The notes below the pieces were generated by a model. That model did no database searches and had not been told where the DNA came from. It was given only the letters and a program-made list of their open reading frames with translations. The translations under genes and the position numbers were made by a program. A DNA stretch of 63,311 nucleotides, filler included, from Gemmatimonadota bacterium (lineage in GTDB: Bacteria; 4572-55; J002), in NCBI GenBank assembly GCA_003697105.1. It is 7 parts of 7 records of this genome, joined end to end, with 100 filler letters (N's around TTAATTAATTAA, not from the genome) between each part and the next. Parts side by side here need not be neighbours in the genome. Positions count along the whole stretch, not along the records: positions 58,334 to 63,311 come from RFFQ01000078.1; 6 more parts are not named here. One strand, given 5' to 3'. Shown here in pieces: positions 60,571-63,311 of the stretch (positions are counted from its first letter, which is position 1; each line of letters starts with the position of its first letter).

Positions 60571-62727
60571 ATGAAATCTCCTGATTTTACCCAACTCCAT
60601 TATACTGATTTTGCTTTCACACCCTCCGGTGTGCCCCAAATCGACTTAGATGATCATCTGTGGCACACGATGGAACAAATTGATGTGAAACCGTATTACA
60701 CCCATCACGATGTAGAAGGCATGGAACATCTTGGTTATGTTGCCGGATTGCCACCTTTTTTGCGTGGACCGTACCCCAGTATGTACGTCACCCGTCCGTG
60801 GACGGTGCGCCAGTATGCCGGATTTTCCACCGCCGAAGAAAGTAACGCTTTTTATCGCCGGAACTTAGCGGCTGGGCAAATGGGCTTATCGATTGCCTTC
60901 GATTTGGCGACCCATCGCGGCTATGACTCCGACCATCCGCGTGTCGTCGGTGATGTCGGCAAAGCAGGCGTCGCGATTGATTCGATCTTGGATATGAAAA
61001 TTCTGTTTGATGGTATTCCGCTTGATAAAATGTCTGTTTCTATGACCATGAACGGCGCGGTAATGCCGGTGATGGCATTTTACATTGTGGCGGCTGAAGA
61101 ACAAGGCGTCAAGTGGGAGCAATTAACCGGCACGATTCAGAATGACATCCTGAAAGAATACATGGTGCGCAATACATACATCTACCCGCCGGCGGGCTCC
61201 ATGCGGATTATTTCGGATATTTTTAAGTTTACCTCGCAATATATGCCCAAATTTAACAGCATCAGTATCTCCGGGTATCACATGCAAGAAGCGGGAGCCA
61301 CGGCTGATATCGAAATGGGATATACCTTGGCTGATGGGCTGGAGTATGTCCGCACCGGGATCAATGCCGGAATTGATATTGATGCATTTGCGCCGCGTCT
61401 CTCCTTTTTTTGGGCGGTGGGGATGAACTATTTTATGGAAATTGCGAAGATGCGGGCGGCTCGTGTGCTCTGGGCAAAACTGATTAAGCAATTTAATCCT
61501 AAAAATCCCAAATCGATGGCGTTACGCACGCACTCCCAAACATCGGGCTGGAGTTTGGCAGAGCAGGACCCGTTCAATAATGTTGCCCGCACCTGTATTG
61601 AGGCGATGGCAGCGGCACTGGGGCATACGCAATCGCTCCACACCAACTCTTTGGATGAAGCGATTGCCCTACCAACGGATTTCTCTGCCCGAATTGCCCG
61701 CAATACCCAGCTATTTTTGCAAGATGAAACCGGTATTTGCCGTGTCGTTGACCCGTGGGGTGGCTCATATCTAGTCGAATATTTAACCGACCAACTTCTG
61801 AAACGGGCATGGCGTCACATTCAGGAGGTGGAATCTTTGGGCGGCATGGCAAAAGCCATTGAAACCGGTTTGCCGAAAATGCGTATTGAGGAAGCTGCCG
61901 CACGACGTCAAGCACACATTGATTCCGGTAAAGAGACGATTGTTGGTGTCAACAAATATCGTCTCGAATATGAAGACCCCATCGACATTTTAGAGGTGGA
62001 TAACACTGCTGTCCGCGAGGCGCAGATTGCCCGGCTTAAAAAACTGCGGGCAGAACGGGACGAGGCGAAATGTCAAGCGGCACTGAACGCGATCACTCAA
62101 GCGGCGGCAAGTGGTGAAGGAAATCTATTGTTACTCTCCGTGGAAGCCGCACGAGCACGGGCATCACTCGGGGAAATCTCCGACGCTATGGAAAAAGTTT
62201 TTGGACGCCATAAAGCGGTTATTCGTTCCATTTCAGGGGTTTACAGCGCCGAATTTGGGGACGCCGCTGAAGTTGCCCGGGTGCGCCAAATGGCAGATGA
62301 ATTTGAAGCATGGGAGGGTCGCCGCCCGCGTATCCTGATCGCTAAAATTGGACAGGATGGGCATGACCGCGGCGCAAAAGTGATTGCCACCGCTTTTGCC
62401 GACTTGGGTTTTGATGTGGATATTGGACCCTTGTTCCAAACGCCCGCCGAAACCGCACGACAAGCTGTGGAAAATGATGTCCATGTGGTGGGGATGAGTT
62501 CCCTTGCCGCCGGGCACAAAACGCTTTTGCCAGAATTGGTTGCAGAATTGAAAAAACTTGACCGCCAAGATATTATGGTCGTGGTGGGAGGAGTCATCCC
62601 AGCACAAGATTACCAATTTTTGTATGATCACGGTGCGAGTGCGGTTTTTGGTCCGGGCACCGTGATTCCTGTCGCGGCGCAGAAAATTCTGGAAGAATTG
62701 AAACGGCGGGTAGGGCTTGATTCGTAA
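60571..62727 (+). CDS. mutB: Methylmalonyl-CoA mutase large (B12-binding) subunit
   Basis: [30 protein letters not shown] and the B12 motif [10 protein letters not shown]. Confidence 0.96.
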   Translation: MKSPDFTQLHYTDFAFTPSGVPQIDLDDHLWHTMEQIDVKPYYTHHDVEGMEHLGYVAGLPPFLRGPYPSMYVTRPWTVRQYAGFSTAEESNAFYRRNLAAGQMGLSIAFDLATHRGYDSDHPRVVGDVGKAGVAIDSILDMKILFDGIPLDKMSVSMTMNGAVMPVMAFYIVAAEEQGVKWEQLTGTIQNDILKEYMVRNTYIYPPAGSMRIISDIFKFTSQYMPKFNSISISGYHMQEAGATADIEMGYTLADGLEYVRTGINAGIDIDAFAPRLSFFWAVGMNYFMEIAKMRAARVLWAKLIKQFNPKNPKSMALRTHSQTSGWSLAEQDPFNNVARTCIEAMAAALGHTQSLHTNSLDEAIALPTDFSARIARNTQLFLQDETGICRVVDPWGGSYLVEYLTDQLLKRAWRHIQEVESLGGMAKAIETGLPKMRIEEAAARRQAHIDSGKETIVGVNKYRLEYEDPIDILEVDNTAVREAQIARLKKLRAERDEAKCQAALNAITQAAASGEGNLLLLSVEAARARASLGEISDAMEKVFGRHKAVIRSISGVYSAEFGDAAEVARVRQMADEFEAWEGRRPRILIAKIGQDGHDRGAKVIATAFADLGFDVDIGPLFQTPAETARQAVENDVHVVGMSSLAAGHKTLLPELVAELKKLDRQDIMVVVGGVIPAQDYQFLYDHGASAVFGPGTVIPVAAQKILEELKRRVGLDS

Positions 62728-62789
62728 CCGTTATGGGTAGGTCTATCGGTTGGGCGCAGCCAGTCCGCTGCAGCCGGTATTGGCACGCC

Positions 62790-63311
62790 TTACTCTTTCT
62801 CAAAGGCATCGTCGTCGATGTTATTTTGGATACGGAATCGTTGTACGGCGTTGGTGATGAGCAGCTTTTGCCGCCCCATGAGAAAGAAGTACCGGGTGAT
62901 TTTACCTTTACCATCGCCAAGGTCGCACACCCACTGGATGGTTTTGTTTTGGGTAGGGTACGCCGTCAAATTGCCGATCCAGCACATGACAGAGCCATCG
63001 CTCCGAATCGGTCTGTTTGAAGGTTTAATTCACCCGCCGGAGTTGGTCTTTGAAAATGGAATTCAGATTGTAGTTCTCGTTAGGTTCTCGAGATGGATTC
63101 ATTAATCCAAAACAGAGGCGCCTCTCCCATTGATGAGACGATGGGAACGCTCGTAAGCCAGACTATTTTCACTCTGAGGCCATAACCGCGCCGTCCGGTG
63201 TTCGATCATTTTTTTATCATCACTTGAATGTTGGCACGGACACGCTTATCGCTAAAACCACCCTCTAACACGGATACATAGGAGTCAAGCATCATAATCA
63301 ACATCCTCATC
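62790..63311 (-). pseudogene. Degenerate IS4-like transposase remnant
   Basis: Fragments in different frames: ...FSDKRVRANIQVMIKK / MIEHRTARLW...YERSHRLING / CHVLDRQFDG (DDE-like) / ...QRFRIQNNIDDDAFEKE*, with stops and frameshifts. Confidence 0.5.

Overview
The window is seven assembly contigs joined by artificial 100-bp N/TTAATTAATTAA linkers, so adjacency across linkers is not biological. The source is a diderm bacterium, probably FCB-superphylum-like (inferred from secreted proteins with PNPFN.../FlgD-type C-terminal sorting domains). Contig 1: an IS982 right end, a BtuFCD/Fec-type ABC importer, an unusual rplM-rpsI-rpsB-tsf-rpsR-rplI-gcvPB operon with a t44/S2 leader, coaE, and a large FG-GAP/cohesin/dockerin protein. 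Contigs 2-3: surface-glycan genes with three NeuB-family synthases, a legionaminic-acid-like pathway, three sulfotransferases, two methyltransferases and a deacetylase-like protein. Contig 4 is the best candidate for an uncharacterised system, a lipid cluster oleC-clpS-oleD-KS-ACP-CNNM-2x CrtI-like flavoprotein-fabG-fabZ-transglutaminase. It has no enoyl reductase, OleA or OleB, and lies divergent from an HspQ-like gene. Contig 5: a Ca-binding repeat surface protein, purA, engB, ftsB, eno and a metallopeptidase/beta-propeller/Omp85 fusion. Contig 6: wzx and glycosyltransferase genes with a doubly interrupted deacetylase. Contig 7: methylmalonyl-CoA mutase subunits and a decayed IS4-like transposase. 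Three contigs end in the same IS982 left end, and a 7-bp target duplication suggests contig 5 joins contig 1. No rRNA, tRNA or CRISPR array was seen. All calls come from motif recognition, not database searches.
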